Below are positions 9,901 to 18,439 of a stretch of 56,991 nucleotides of DNA, in pieces. The stretch covers positions 1 through 56,991 of IMG/VR virus record IMGVR_UViG_3300025098_000048; one strand, written 5' to 3'. The DNA comes from a virus (Duplodnaviria > Caudoviricetes). Numbering within the stretch: the stretch's first letter is position 1; every line of letters begins with the position of its first letter. The position numbers were made by a program, and so were the translations under genes. A model generated the notes under the pieces. It was not told the DNA's origin and ran no database searches. It saw nothing but the letters and a program-made list of their open reading frames with translations.

Positions 9901-9989
9901 CTGCTGAGAAATGTTCTGATATTCACTTTGACGTTCAATCTGATGGTGATGCAGTATTTACAGGCATAGTATCTGGATTAAATATCTAA
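6924..9989 (+). CDS. long repeat/coiled-coil fibre-like protein
   Basis: N-terminal LIDGAPGLLDSLNELAAAIGDDANF fibre motif; about ten repeats of GL..xGxY..xSGTNYLDSAST..LDTQxK. Confidence 0.8.
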   Translation: MAIFKSGQGYASTTEGGLLALATAAEHLAGLNSSKAATPAGVRAMLDQLIDGAPGLLDSLNELAAAIGDDANFSVTVNNQITNLQDQINSLSGGGASNQAEVDRIEAGVGLGSTGLYVARSGTNYIDSASTIAAEIGLLDTQIKSNEDVSTALNVRLTTAESEVDTLQTESTDYESRISSLEAGGSLGALQSELDASQASVGLNANGTLGTYANTNFYSASATIKEAIEGVDAQAKLNDDDITSQGNRITVLEAGGSISALQSEVDASQAAVGLSASGAYVSRSGSNYLDSASTIVAEIGLLDAQVDTNEQDIATINTTISTLTSEGDSNGDAIDALQIELDATQAGAGLSNLGSYSAPGASNYLTSASTLKAADSLLDTQIKVNADAIALKASTSSVSANTSSISTNTSNISTNASDISAAEVDIAANTSAIAGKAASSTTTAIQTEVDAIESSVGLGSSGGLNYSGTPALFSASATLTAAIQALDGEIVTNAGDILGNANQITAQIALNNTQETAIGLSSTGTYVSRSGTNYLDSASSVVGEATLLDTQVKANFDSLATKATAVQLSALDIRVTNNASGLVSNDTEIQALEDLQTVQEAAIGLNANGTYTTVASSNYLESATTIKASLDALDTQLKSTQDDLDTAESTIVSHTSSLSTNAAAISANTSSISSNDTEIQALEDLADTHETSIGLDNDGGYTAISGANYATSGVSIKAAITQLDTQLKTTQDEVDAEETARASADNTLATAINTVEASVGLAADGSLTISGTNFLNSSSTIVGALSTLDTNQNLLSGIRTNMIASLGLSTTGEKNSYANTNFISNSEDVIEAIEALDRQVKTNETDISSVSGGSISALQTEVDAIETAAGLSSSGAYVAHSGTNFMDSASTMPAAREALDTKLKTVADDLDTAEAAIVSNDTDITALQTRATSLEQRCGGMFKNDTSTTSAVMDSSPIIRGHAGPFAYNLGQSYLDGFGAGGFGFDFIFYGTSAEKCSDIHFDVQSDGDAVFTGIVSGLNI

Positions 9990-10397
9990 TAAGCTTTGAA
10001 GAGCTTCTGCTGCTTGTTGCTTTAGGAGCTCTTCGACTTTCTTTTCATCTTCAGATAACTCTTTAGCTTCTACACACTTTTTCATATGACGACCAACTAC
10101 GCCTGGGTTATTAGTATATCCACAGTTAGGGCAGCTTTTCTGTTGATTATTCATAAAGTTTTTAGATTTAACAGCAGCTTTAGTGCCTGCTTTTCTAACT
10201 TCTTCGTTATATAAACCTTTATTACTTTCTTTAAGTATAGGTTGTGCAGCTTTACCACCCTTAACTTTATTTTCGGCATCAAAAAAACCGCTTTCTTCTT
10301 CTCTTTGTTTCTTAAGAGATGAAGCAGCACCACGTTTTCCTAACTCTTTTTGTATTTGGGGATTTTGAAAACCATTTTCGTATTTTTTATCACTCAT
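9978..10397 (-). CDS. small basic protein with CxxC module related to the HNH C-terminus
   Basis: AAGGAT RBS; MNNQQKSCPNCGYTNNPGVVGRH. Confidence 0.7.
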   Translation of the reverse strand: MSDKKYENGFQNPQIQKELGKRGAASSLKKQREEESGFFDAENKVKGGKAAQPILKESNKGLYNEEVRKAGTKAAVKSKNFMNNQQKSCPNCGYTNNPGVVGRHMKKCVEAKELSEDEKKVEELLKQQAAEALQSLLDI

Positions 10398-10581
10398 TAT
10401 TTTATCCTTTCAGGATTTTTTCTATTATAAATATAACCAGCAATCTGCAATAATAAAAAAAATAAAATAGGGATTTTTAATAAATTAACCATTGTTTGAT
10501 ATATATAGTATTACAGCGTCATAAAATGCTCGGCATCATAAAACATAAATATTAAAATAAAAATCTGAAAGGATTTACATC

Positions 10582-13101
10582 ATGGCAGCTTTACGACCAG
10601 ATTCAAACGAGGGCCACGACCTCGGAACCTCAAGTGTTAAATGGGGAACAGTTCATGCGGCTGACGTTCAAGTCGCAACTATGACAGCTTCAGGAAATGT
10701 TGAAGTTCAAGGTAATCTTACTGTTACAGGAACAAACACTTCTCTTCAAGTATCTAACTTAGATGTTGAAGATCCACTAATCAAACTTGCTCGCGGAAAC
10801 GATGGCGATGCACTCGACATTGGTTTTTACGGATTATATAACGACGGAGCTGATAAATATGCGGCTTTAGTTCGTGATGCAAATGATAGCGGTAAATTTA
10901 AACTATTAGAAGAGATTACTACTGAGCCTTCAACCACAGTTACTGGTGGATCAGCTGCTACTCTTGTTGCTGATATTGAAGGTGCTCTTAGTGGAAACGC
11001 TACTACTGCAACAGCTCTTGCAACTGCACGTAATCTTGGTATTACAGCAGGCCCTGTAAGAGCAGCTAATGTTTCTTTTGATGGTTCAGGAAATGTTGCA
11101 TTTACCTCTACTATCGCAGACGACCAGATTACTAACGATATGTTGGCAAACCCAGGATACTCTTTCGGTGATGGAACTACTCCAGCTACTATTGAGATTG
11201 GTGGAGCTCTCGTATTTCAAGGAACTTCTAATGAGCTTGAGGTATCTCGCTCAAATGGAACATACACATTCGGCCTACCTTCAGCTGTAAGTGGCCTTTC
11301 TTCTGTTAGCGCTACTTCACTCGTTGGTGCCTTAACTGGTAATGCTTCTACAGCAACCGCTTTAGAGAGTGCAAGAACTTTTGCAATCGGCGCAGGCCCA
11401 ATCAGAGCTGCTGCAGTTTCATTTGATGGAACAGGTAATCTTTCTCTTACTTCTTCTATTGCAGACGACCAAATCACTAACGATATGCTTGCTAACCCAG
11501 GTTTAGAACTTAAACTTGCTGGCTCTTCACAAGAAACAATCGAACTCGGTGGATTTATTGATATTGCAGGAACAGCTAACGAAATCGACGTTGCTTATAG
11601 CACTGGTGATAATAAATACACCTTTAGCTTACCTTCAACCATTTCAGCAGCATTAAGTGGAAACGCTTCTACAGCTTCTGCTCTTAATGCAGCAGTTAAT
11701 ATCGGTATTACTTCTGGCCCAGTTAGAGCATCTAATATTAGTTTTGATGGTTCTGGCGCTGTTGCAATGACGAGCACAATCGCAGATGAGCAAATCACAA
11801 ACGATATGCTTGTTAGCGATTCAATTACCTTCGCAGGTGGAAGTGGCTCACAAGCTCTTCAACTTGGTGATACCTTTACTATTAATGGAACATCAAATGA
11901 GATTGTTACTGCAGTATCTGGCGATGCTATCACTATCTCACTCCCTGACGATGTTAGTGGATTAGATTCAGTTTCTGCTACAAGCCTTGTTGGTGCTCTT
12001 ACAGGTAATGCTTCAACAGCAACAACTCTTGCAAATGCAAGAAACTTCGGAATCACAAGCGGCCCGGTTCGTGCTGCTAACGTAAGTTTTGATGGTTCTG
12101 GTAATGTTGCTTTCACTTCTTCTATTGCTGATGAGCAAATCACAAATGATATGCTTGCAAATGATACACTTGTTATTTCAGTTGATGGTGTTGGCCATAA
12201 TAGAGCATTAGGTTCAACTCTTAAGTTTGCTGCTTCTGGCCTTAGTGTAAATTACAGTGCAGTTGATAATGAGCTTACTTATACTCTTCCTGCTTCAATC
12301 AGTAGCGCAACTTCTGGTAATGCAGGATCAGCTACAGTTCTTGAAACTGCAAGAAACGTTGGTATTACCTCAGGCCCAGTTACAGCTGCTAACGTATCAT
12401 TTAATGGTTCAGGCAATGTTGCTCTAACTTCAGCAATTGCTGACGATGCAATTACTAATGATATGATTGCTAACGACCACCTTACTCTTGCTGCTGGTAG
12501 CGGAACTTCTAATGATATTCTTCTTGGTGGAACTCTTACTATCGCCGGAACTACTGATGAGATTGAAACTTCTATTAGTGATGATACTATTACTATCGGT
12601 TTGCCTTCTGACGTCACCATCGCTGATGATTTAGCTGTTGGTGGTAATATAACTTCAACTGGTAATGTTGTTGTTGGTGGTAATCTTACTGCTGCAGCTG
12701 CTACCGTGACGCTTGGTGATACATTGTTAGAGCTTGGTGTAAATAATACATCAGCTAAAGATCATGGTTTCTATTCACAACGTGCCGCAAACAGCTTCTG
12801 TGGCTTCTTCTTCGACGAAACTGATGATAAATTCAAGGTATTTACCCACGATACTGAGCCTTCATCTGATGTTGTTGCTGTTTCAGGAAACTATACTAAG
12901 GGTGCAATGGATATCGGCGCTTTGGAAGTTGCTTCTATTGATTGTGCTGGCGATGTTGTTGGTAAGCTTCGTATGGAAGGTGATGAACCTGCTTCTGCTT
13001 CTGCATCAGGAACAGCTGGCGATATGAGATTTGACTCAGGCTTTATTTATGTATGTGTTTCATCTGATACTTGGAAACGAGTAGCCATAGGTTCATTCTA
13101 A
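10582..13101 (+). CDS. repeat-rich fibre-like protein
   Basis: five ~100-aa repeats GNA(S/T)TA..L..AR..GPVRAA.VSFDGSGNV..TS.IAD.QITNDML; phage structural C-terminus DSGFIYVCVSSDTWKRVAI. Confidence 0.8.
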   Translation: MAALRPDSNEGHDLGTSSVKWGTVHAADVQVATMTASGNVEVQGNLTVTGTNTSLQVSNLDVEDPLIKLARGNDGDALDIGFYGLYNDGADKYAALVRDANDSGKFKLLEEITTEPSTTVTGGSAATLVADIEGALSGNATTATALATARNLGITAGPVRAANVSFDGSGNVAFTSTIADDQITNDMLANPGYSFGDGTTPATIEIGGALVFQGTSNELEVSRSNGTYTFGLPSAVSGLSSVSATSLVGALTGNASTATALESARTFAIGAGPIRAAAVSFDGTGNLSLTSSIADDQITNDMLANPGLELKLAGSSQETIELGGFIDIAGTANEIDVAYSTGDNKYTFSLPSTISAALSGNASTASALNAAVNIGITSGPVRASNISFDGSGAVAMTSTIADEQITNDMLVSDSITFAGGSGSQALQLGDTFTINGTSNEIVTAVSGDAITISLPDDVSGLDSVSATSLVGALTGNASTATTLANARNFGITSGPVRAANVSFDGSGNVAFTSSIADEQITNDMLANDTLVISVDGVGHNRALGSTLKFAASGLSVNYSAVDNELTYTLPASISSATSGNAGSATVLETARNVGITSGPVTAANVSFNGSGNVALTSAIADDAITNDMIANDHLTLAAGSGTSNDILLGGTLTIAGTTDEIETSISDDTITIGLPSDVTIADDLAVGGNITSTGNVVVGGNLTAAAATVTLGDTLLELGVNNTSAKDHGFYSQRAANSFCGFFFDETDDKFKVFTHDTEPSSDVVAVSGNYTKGAMDIGALEVASIDCAGDVVGKLRMEGDEPASASASGTAGDMRFDSGFIYVCVSSDTWKRVAIGSF

Positions 13102-13251
13102 GAATAACGAGGATGATGTAGGTTTTTTATTCTTTCGAGGTTTATATGTTTAATCATATTTACTAAGAAAGTTTTACAGAAGTTAAATGAGATACCCTTA
13201 TTTGATATAGGGTGGCCGCAATAGCGGGAATACAGGAGGAGGAGCCTGTTT

Positions 13252-13551
13252 ATGAAAGATAACATACCCAGAAGAAAAGGCATCAAAACTATGGAGACGA
13301 ATGTAGCTGTTTCAATCGGAACAATAATTTCGGGTTTAGGTTTCTTTTTTGCTTGGCACAAAGATAGTAAAGAAACAGCAAAAAATATACAGAAACTTGA
13401 AACTGAAGTTGAACAACTTAGAGAACAAAGGCGTGATATTAGAGATTTAAAGTTAGAAACAAGCGAAATCAAAGAAGAGATGAGCAATATGAAGCAAACT
13501 TTAACTCGAATAGATACTAATATTGCGCATTTAATGCAAAGAGATAACTAA
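13252..13551 (+). CDS. single-TM coiled-coil protein, XhlA/holin-like; two possible starts (13252, 13291)
   Basis: VSIGTIISGLGFFFAW then heptad coiled coil; both ATGs have an SD-like sequence. Confidence 0.6.
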   Translation: MKDNIPRRKGIKTMETNVAVSIGTIISGLGFFFAWHKDSKETAKNIQKLETEVEQLREQRRDIRDLKLETSEIKEEMSNMKQTLTRIDTNIAHLMQRDN

Positions 13552-13617
13552 TAGTAAATCTTTTTGAGTTTTTACTTATAATAGTTATACTTATTATTAA
13601 AACAAACGGAGTTAAGC

Positions 13618-15939
13618 ATGCCTAATTGGTTTGAAAGATTTAAAGCAGCAAATGATGGAGAAGATAACGAAATAAATAAAAGCGTTATTGATGAACTTCA
13701 AAAAGAAGCAAGGTCGTATGAGTTAAACCCATACGATTCAGCTAATATTAGTATGTTAAGTGATTCGAAAGGTAAAAGTGATTATTACTATGATGTAGGT
13801 GGCCGAGGCGCTATCACTTATCATCAGTTAGAAAACTTAACAAAACACCCAATCGTATCAAGTATCTTACAAACCAGGATTAATCAGGTTGCTGAGTTTG
13901 CTCGATTTACAGATGATGATGATTTAGGTTTTTCAATAAAACTTAAAGATGCAGAAGCTGAGCCGAGTGATGATGATAAAGAAACAATGAAGATGCTTAG
14001 AGCATTTATTGAAAATTGTGGCTCAGAACCTACAGATTTTGAACTTAACTTCGAAAATTTCTTAAAGCAAATAGTTAGAGATAGTTTAGCATACGACCAG
14101 TGCAACTTTGAAATAGTAAGAAATAGATTAGGTGAGGTTGTTGCTTTTCAGCCAGTTGATGCAAAAACTGTAAGAAGAGCAAAACTTTCTGAATCTGAGA
14201 TTAAAGCTGGTAGAAGAGATAAAGATAGAGCGGCATATGTTCAAGTAATATCTAATAAAGTTGTTGCTGAATATAGCCAAAAAGATTTATGTTTTGGTAT
14301 TAGACGACCAAGAACAGATTTAAGCTCACTTAAATACGGATATCCTGAGTTAGAAGAGCTCGTAGGTGTTATACAAAACATCTATCAGGCTGAAACATAT
14401 AATGCATCAAACTTTACTAATGGTATAAACGCAAACGGTATCATTGCTGTTAAAAGCAAAATGAACCCAAACCTTTTCAGAGCATTTAGACGTGAGTTTT
14501 ATCAAATGTTAAATGGCGTTCAAAACGCTAAAAGAACTCCACTAATACAACTCGACCCAGAAGGTGATGAAGCTATATCATCTATTAATCTTAGCAACTC
14601 TAATAAAGAAATGGAATATGATAACTGGCTTAAATATTTAATAAAGCTATCATGTTCAGTATTTCAAATGGATCCTGCAGAGATTGGATTTGTTTTTGGT
14701 AATGAAGGTAGCGGAAACTCTTTTGTTACAGCTGACCCAAATGCAAGAATACTCATGGGTAAAGAAAAAGGTTTGCGACCACTTATTCGAAGTATCGAAG
14801 GGTGGATAAACAAGTATATTATTTCGCAAATTGATGATAGATTTGAGATTACATTCAACTACTTAGATAGCATTTCTTTGCTTGATAAGATGAAAGTTGA
14901 AGAGCATCGAATGAAGTATTTAACTCTTAATGAAATAAGAGCTTCACACGATTTAACAGAGTTAGAAGATGGTGATGTTGTTGCTGCATATTACGCTCAA
15001 CTAAAAGTTGCTGGTGTTAAAGCAGGTATTGCTGATATTACACAAGATATTGATAAAAGTGTTGATACAGATAACGATGGTGAATCACATCCTTCAGAAT
15101 ACTTTGAAGGTTTAGATGAAGATACAAAAAGAAAACGTGAAAAAGAAATAGAACGACGTAAAAAAGTTTATAGAGAAACTGGAAAGCCAGTATATGGGCC
15201 ACTCCCAGGTGATGAAGATATTGAAAAAGCCAAACAAAACAAAGGCACTAAATCTAAAAAGGCTGATGAAGTAAGAGAAGAGATTAAAAAGCCCGGTAAA
15301 GATGAGTTCATTAGAGCAGCAAGTAAAGTATCAGGCGTTTCTAAAAAGATTATTGAAGAAGTTTATGATAAAGGTTTAGCAGCATATGCAACATCAGGCC
15401 ATCGCCCTGGTGCAACACCTCAATCTTGGTCGAGGGCAAGAGTTTATTCCTTCTTGTTTGATTCAAAATCTGGTGCAAGAAAAGTTGATATGCACCTTTG
15501 GGAAGAACATTTAGAAAGCAAAAAATCAGTTTCTAATGATAATATACCTAACGAAGAAGAAATCAAAACAGAGATTAACGTAGATACTCTATTGAAGGCT
15601 TATACATATAAACCAACTCAAACAGTTGCAGATGTAGCACAAAGAGCTATAGACGCAAGAGAAGAACACGGTGATAAAGTAAAAGGTGGAACAAGAGTTG
15701 GTTGGACGCGAGCAAGGCAACTGGCAAATAGAGATGTAGTTTCATATGATACAGTTAGAAGAATGAAAGCTTTCTTTGATAGGCACGAAAAAAATAAAGA
15801 AGTTTCTGAAGAAGATAAAGATTTTCCATGGGCAGATGCCGGTTATACAGCTTGGCAAATTTGGGCCGGAGATGAAGGAAGAGCTTGGGCAGAAATGATT
15901 GTTGAAAGAGTTAAAAAAGAAGAGGAAGACGATGAGTAA
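13618..15939 (+). CDS. portal protein with C-terminal extensions
   Basis: FLKQIVRDSLAYDQCNFEIVRNRLGEVVAFQPVDAKTVR, YGYPELE, FQMDPAEIGF, KGLRPL, LTLNEIR as in SPO1/Twort-type portals. Confidence 0.93.
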   Translation: MPNWFERFKAANDGEDNEINKSVIDELQKEARSYELNPYDSANISMLSDSKGKSDYYYDVGGRGAITYHQLENLTKHPIVSSILQTRINQVAEFARFTDDDDLGFSIKLKDAEAEPSDDDKETMKMLRAFIENCGSEPTDFELNFENFLKQIVRDSLAYDQCNFEIVRNRLGEVVAFQPVDAKTVRRAKLSESEIKAGRRDKDRAAYVQVISNKVVAEYSQKDLCFGIRRPRTDLSSLKYGYPELEELVGVIQNIYQAETYNASNFTNGINANGIIAVKSKMNPNLFRAFRREFYQMLNGVQNAKRTPLIQLDPEGDEAISSINLSNSNKEMEYDNWLKYLIKLSCSVFQMDPAEIGFVFGNEGSGNSFVTADPNARILMGKEKGLRPLIRSIEGWINKYIISQIDDRFEITFNYLDSISLLDKMKVEEHRMKYLTLNEIRASHDLTELEDGDVVAAYYAQLKVAGVKAGIADITQDIDKSVDTDNDGESHPSEYFEGLDEDTKRKREKEIERRKKVYRETGKPVYGPLPGDEDIEKAKQNKGTKSKKADEVREEIKKPGKDEFIRAASKVSGVSKKIIEEVYDKGLAAYATSGHRPGATPQSWSRARVYSFLFDSKSGARKVDMHLWEEHLESKKSVSNDNIPNEEEIKTEINVDTLLKAYTYKPTQTVADVAQRAIDAREEHGDKVKGGTRVGWTRARQLANRDVVSYDTVRRMKAFFDRHEKNKEVSEEDKDFPWADAGYTAWQIWAGDEGRAWAEMIVERVKKEEEDDE

Positions 15940-16036
15940 GCAACAAAGAGATGAACTACAAAAACAAATAGATTACTGGACGTTAGTTTATATGAAATCT
16001 GCGGATAGATATACTAAGCCAACCTACAAACTATAA
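15932..16036 (+). CDS. possible 34-aa peptide
   Basis: MSKQQRDELQKQIDYWTLVYMKSADRYTKPTYKL; overlaps portal stop, GAGG upstream. Confidence 0.35.
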   Translation: MSKQQRDELQKQIDYWTLVYMKSADRYTKPTYKL

Positions 16037-16065
16037 TAAATAAAACTAAAGCATGAGAGGGCATA

Positions 16066-16461
16066 ATGAGTTTTACAGCGTTATTAAGAAAAGCAAGAGG
16101 TGAAGAAACAGTTGTTGAACAACCTATTATTGAAGAAACTGTTGTCGAAGAACCCAAGAAACCTATTTATATTGAACTTGGTGAAGCTATTATTAGAACA
16201 TCAATACATTCAGTTTCTAAATACAGAAAACTTAAAAGAGGCTCAAATGCTTCTTTAAGGATTGCTAAAAGTTTAGCTGCCGGAGAACTAAGGATATCAC
16301 AGTTTGAAAAAGCTTGGAATATTCAAAAGAGATATAGTTCAAAACGGCCAGATTGGCATATTGTAGGAGGAAAAGCAATGAAACTTCTTGAAACTGCAGT
16401 TAAAGAAAGAAATGTTGATTTAACTGAAGCACTAAAACTAAAAATAGAGATAAAGGAATAA
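16066..16461 (+). CDS. hypothetical head-module protein
   Basis: GAGAGGG RBS; between portal and protease. Confidence 0.7.
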   Translation: MSFTALLRKARGEETVVEQPIIEETVVEEPKKPIYIELGEAIIRTSIHSVSKYRKLKRGSNASLRIAKSLAAGELRISQFEKAWNIQKRYSSKRPDWHIVGGKAMKLLETAVKERNVDLTEALKLKIEIKE

Positions 16462-16466
16462 ATGAT

Positions 16467-17525
16467 ATGATTAAAACTGATAACAATTATTTTGTTGCTT
16501 ATCAACCCATTTCTCTTGATATTAAAAAAGCTAAAGATGATAAAGTTTTTATTGAAGGCGTAATATCCTCCGAAAAAACAGATGCATCTGGCGAAATCAT
16601 TAAACAAGATGGTTTAGATTTCAGCTATTTAATGTCGAGTGGTTATTTAAACTATGAACATAGAACTGGCGTTGAAAATATACTTGGTGAAGCTCTTAAG
16701 ATTGTGCCTTCTGAAAAGGAAGGTTTAAAAGCAACTGTTATGAAAGGTATGCTTTACAAAAAGAAGAAAATTGTTAAAGATATATTAGAAACAATCGATG
16801 CAATGAAAGATGCGGGTTCTAACCGTAAGCTTGGATTCTCTGTTGAAGGCAGAGTTATGGCACGCGACCCAAGAAATCCTAAAATAATAACTAAAGCAAA
16901 AGTATTAAACGTAAGCATTACAGCCAACCCATGTAATACAGATGCTGATTTTGAAATAGTAAAAAAGAATATACAATCAAAAGAAGAAGAAATGCAAAAA
17001 GAATATTCAGATCTATCAATGAGCTATAAACAAAGCAAAATGCTTGAAGATTACTCCATGAAACTATGTGAGCTATTAGGTTCATTACCTGAAGATGCTG
17101 ATTTACCAGAATGGGTTCAAGCTAAAATAACAAAAGCTTTAGATTACCTTCAGGCTTCTTACCACTATCTTGATGTAGAAATGAAAGAAATGGATATGAG
17201 TTATCAAGATAAAAAAGATGAAGAGATGGATAAGAATTTGCCTGAGCTTAAAGAAGAAGCTGTTTTGCCTAAGAATGATGAAGAAGAAAGCGGTGATATT
17301 AAACATGATATTGCCCCCTTTGAAGGCGCACAAGCTATAGAAGAAGCACGAATGGAGATGGATAAGAACGAAGAAATAAGAGTTCAATCCATAGATGATG
17401 AAAAAAGTTCTGAAGATTTTGGAGATGAGAAAGTACGTGAGTTAATACAAGAAATACTTTCAAAATATCCAGAATTGAAAGATGAGAAGATAATGGAACT
17501 CGTGCATGAAATGCTGCACGAATAG
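16467..17525 (+). CDS. prohead protease with acidic C-terminal extension
   Basis: IEGVISSEKTDASGEII, GYLNYEH, LGFSVEG, NVSITANPCN. Confidence 0.9.
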   Translation: MIKTDNNYFVAYQPISLDIKKAKDDKVFIEGVISSEKTDASGEIIKQDGLDFSYLMSSGYLNYEHRTGVENILGEALKIVPSEKEGLKATVMKGMLYKKKKIVKDILETIDAMKDAGSNRKLGFSVEGRVMARDPRNPKIITKAKVLNVSITANPCNTDADFEIVKKNIQSKEEEMQKEYSDLSMSYKQSKMLEDYSMKLCELLGSLPEDADLPEWVQAKITKALDYLQASYHYLDVEMKEMDMSYQDKKDEEMDKNLPELKEEAVLPKNDEEESGDIKHDIAPFEGAQAIEEARMEMDKNEEIRVQSIDDEKSSEDFGDEKVRELIQEILSKYPELKDEKIMELVHEMLHE

Positions 17526-17770
17526 CAAAACGTTAAATAAATAAAAAAAAATTAGCCTAAAACTAATAAAACATAAAAGTAAAGATATATATAATAATAT
17601 GAATGTTGGTAATATGCTCAGGAAAAGTTTTTTGCCGGCCGCTATTAAGTTAAATAAAGAATGCGCGCTATAATGCACACCATTTTTGTTACATAATACA
17701 CAATAGTTAAACAATGTTCAGTAATATTATTATAATAGCTTTCAACTCAATTCAAAAATAGGAGATACAT

Positions 17771-18427
17771 ATGAAAACCGAAAGTGATAACAATCGTATC
17801 GAAGAGCTTCTTAAAAACATTAAGGAAGCACTTGATAGCGAAGCAAAAGCTTCTGAAGTTATTGCAAAAGGTGCCGATGAATTGATTGAGGTTCAAACTG
17901 AAAAGCTGGAAACATTTTCTAAAGCGTTAGATATTCTTAATGAGAAGATTGATGCTGTGATGGAAAAGTTTGAAAGCTTAGCTATTCCTTCTGTTGAAGA
18001 TATTGAAAAAAGTATCAACGACAAAGCAGAAGAAATTGCAAAGAACCTCGACGAAAAAGTCGAACCGATTGCAAAGCGTGTCGTTGATGCCGAAGAAAAA
18101 ACTGAAGCGTTGGCCAAGAAGAATGAAGAACTAACAGCTCAAAATGATGAGTTGGTTAAAACAGTTGAAGAATCTGTTTGTGAAAACGAAGAGCTTATTA
18201 AGAAAGTTGATGAACTTGAAAAAGAGCCAATCGTTAAAACAGTTTCAGAACCTGTAGAAGTTCGTGAAGAAGTTGTAGTTGAAGAAACTACAGAACTAAC
18301 TCGTCCTGAGCTCATCAGCAAAGCTCTTGTTGAAATCAAAACCGCTGATTTACCACGCCGTAAAGAACTGTTCAAGGCAGTATCTAAGCTCGAAGCTGGC
18401 GTATCATTAACTGAAATAAAACTTTAA
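17771..18427 (+). CDS. putative scaffold protein
   Basis: E/K-rich coiled coil directly upstream of the capsid gene. Confidence 0.7.
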   Translation: MKTESDNNRIEELLKNIKEALDSEAKASEVIAKGADELIEVQTEKLETFSKALDILNEKIDAVMEKFESLAIPSVEDIEKSINDKAEEIAKNLDEKVEPIAKRVVDAEEKTEALAKKNEELTAQNDELVKTVEESVCENEELIKKVDELEKEPIVKTVSEPVEVREEVVVEETTELTRPELISKALVEIKTADLPRRKELFKAVSKLEAGVSLTEIKL

Positions 18428-18439
18428 TAGGAGATACAG

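Noticed and set aside
11217-12620. Series of similar minus-strand ORFs (MIWSSAI/MICSSAI...)
   Set aside because: They are antisense shadows of the repeats in 10582..13101.
6924-13101. Diversity-generating retroelement or CRISPR array suggested by DNA repeats in the fibre genes
   Set aside because: The repeats are in-frame protein repeats with mostly synonymous differences; no adenine-specific TR/VR pair, reverse transcriptase or repeat-spacer periodicity was seen.
15932-16066. A longer peptide (..ILSQLQTIINKLKHERA) recoverable by frame changes
   Set aside because: It needs three separate single-base deletions; unsupported without reads.
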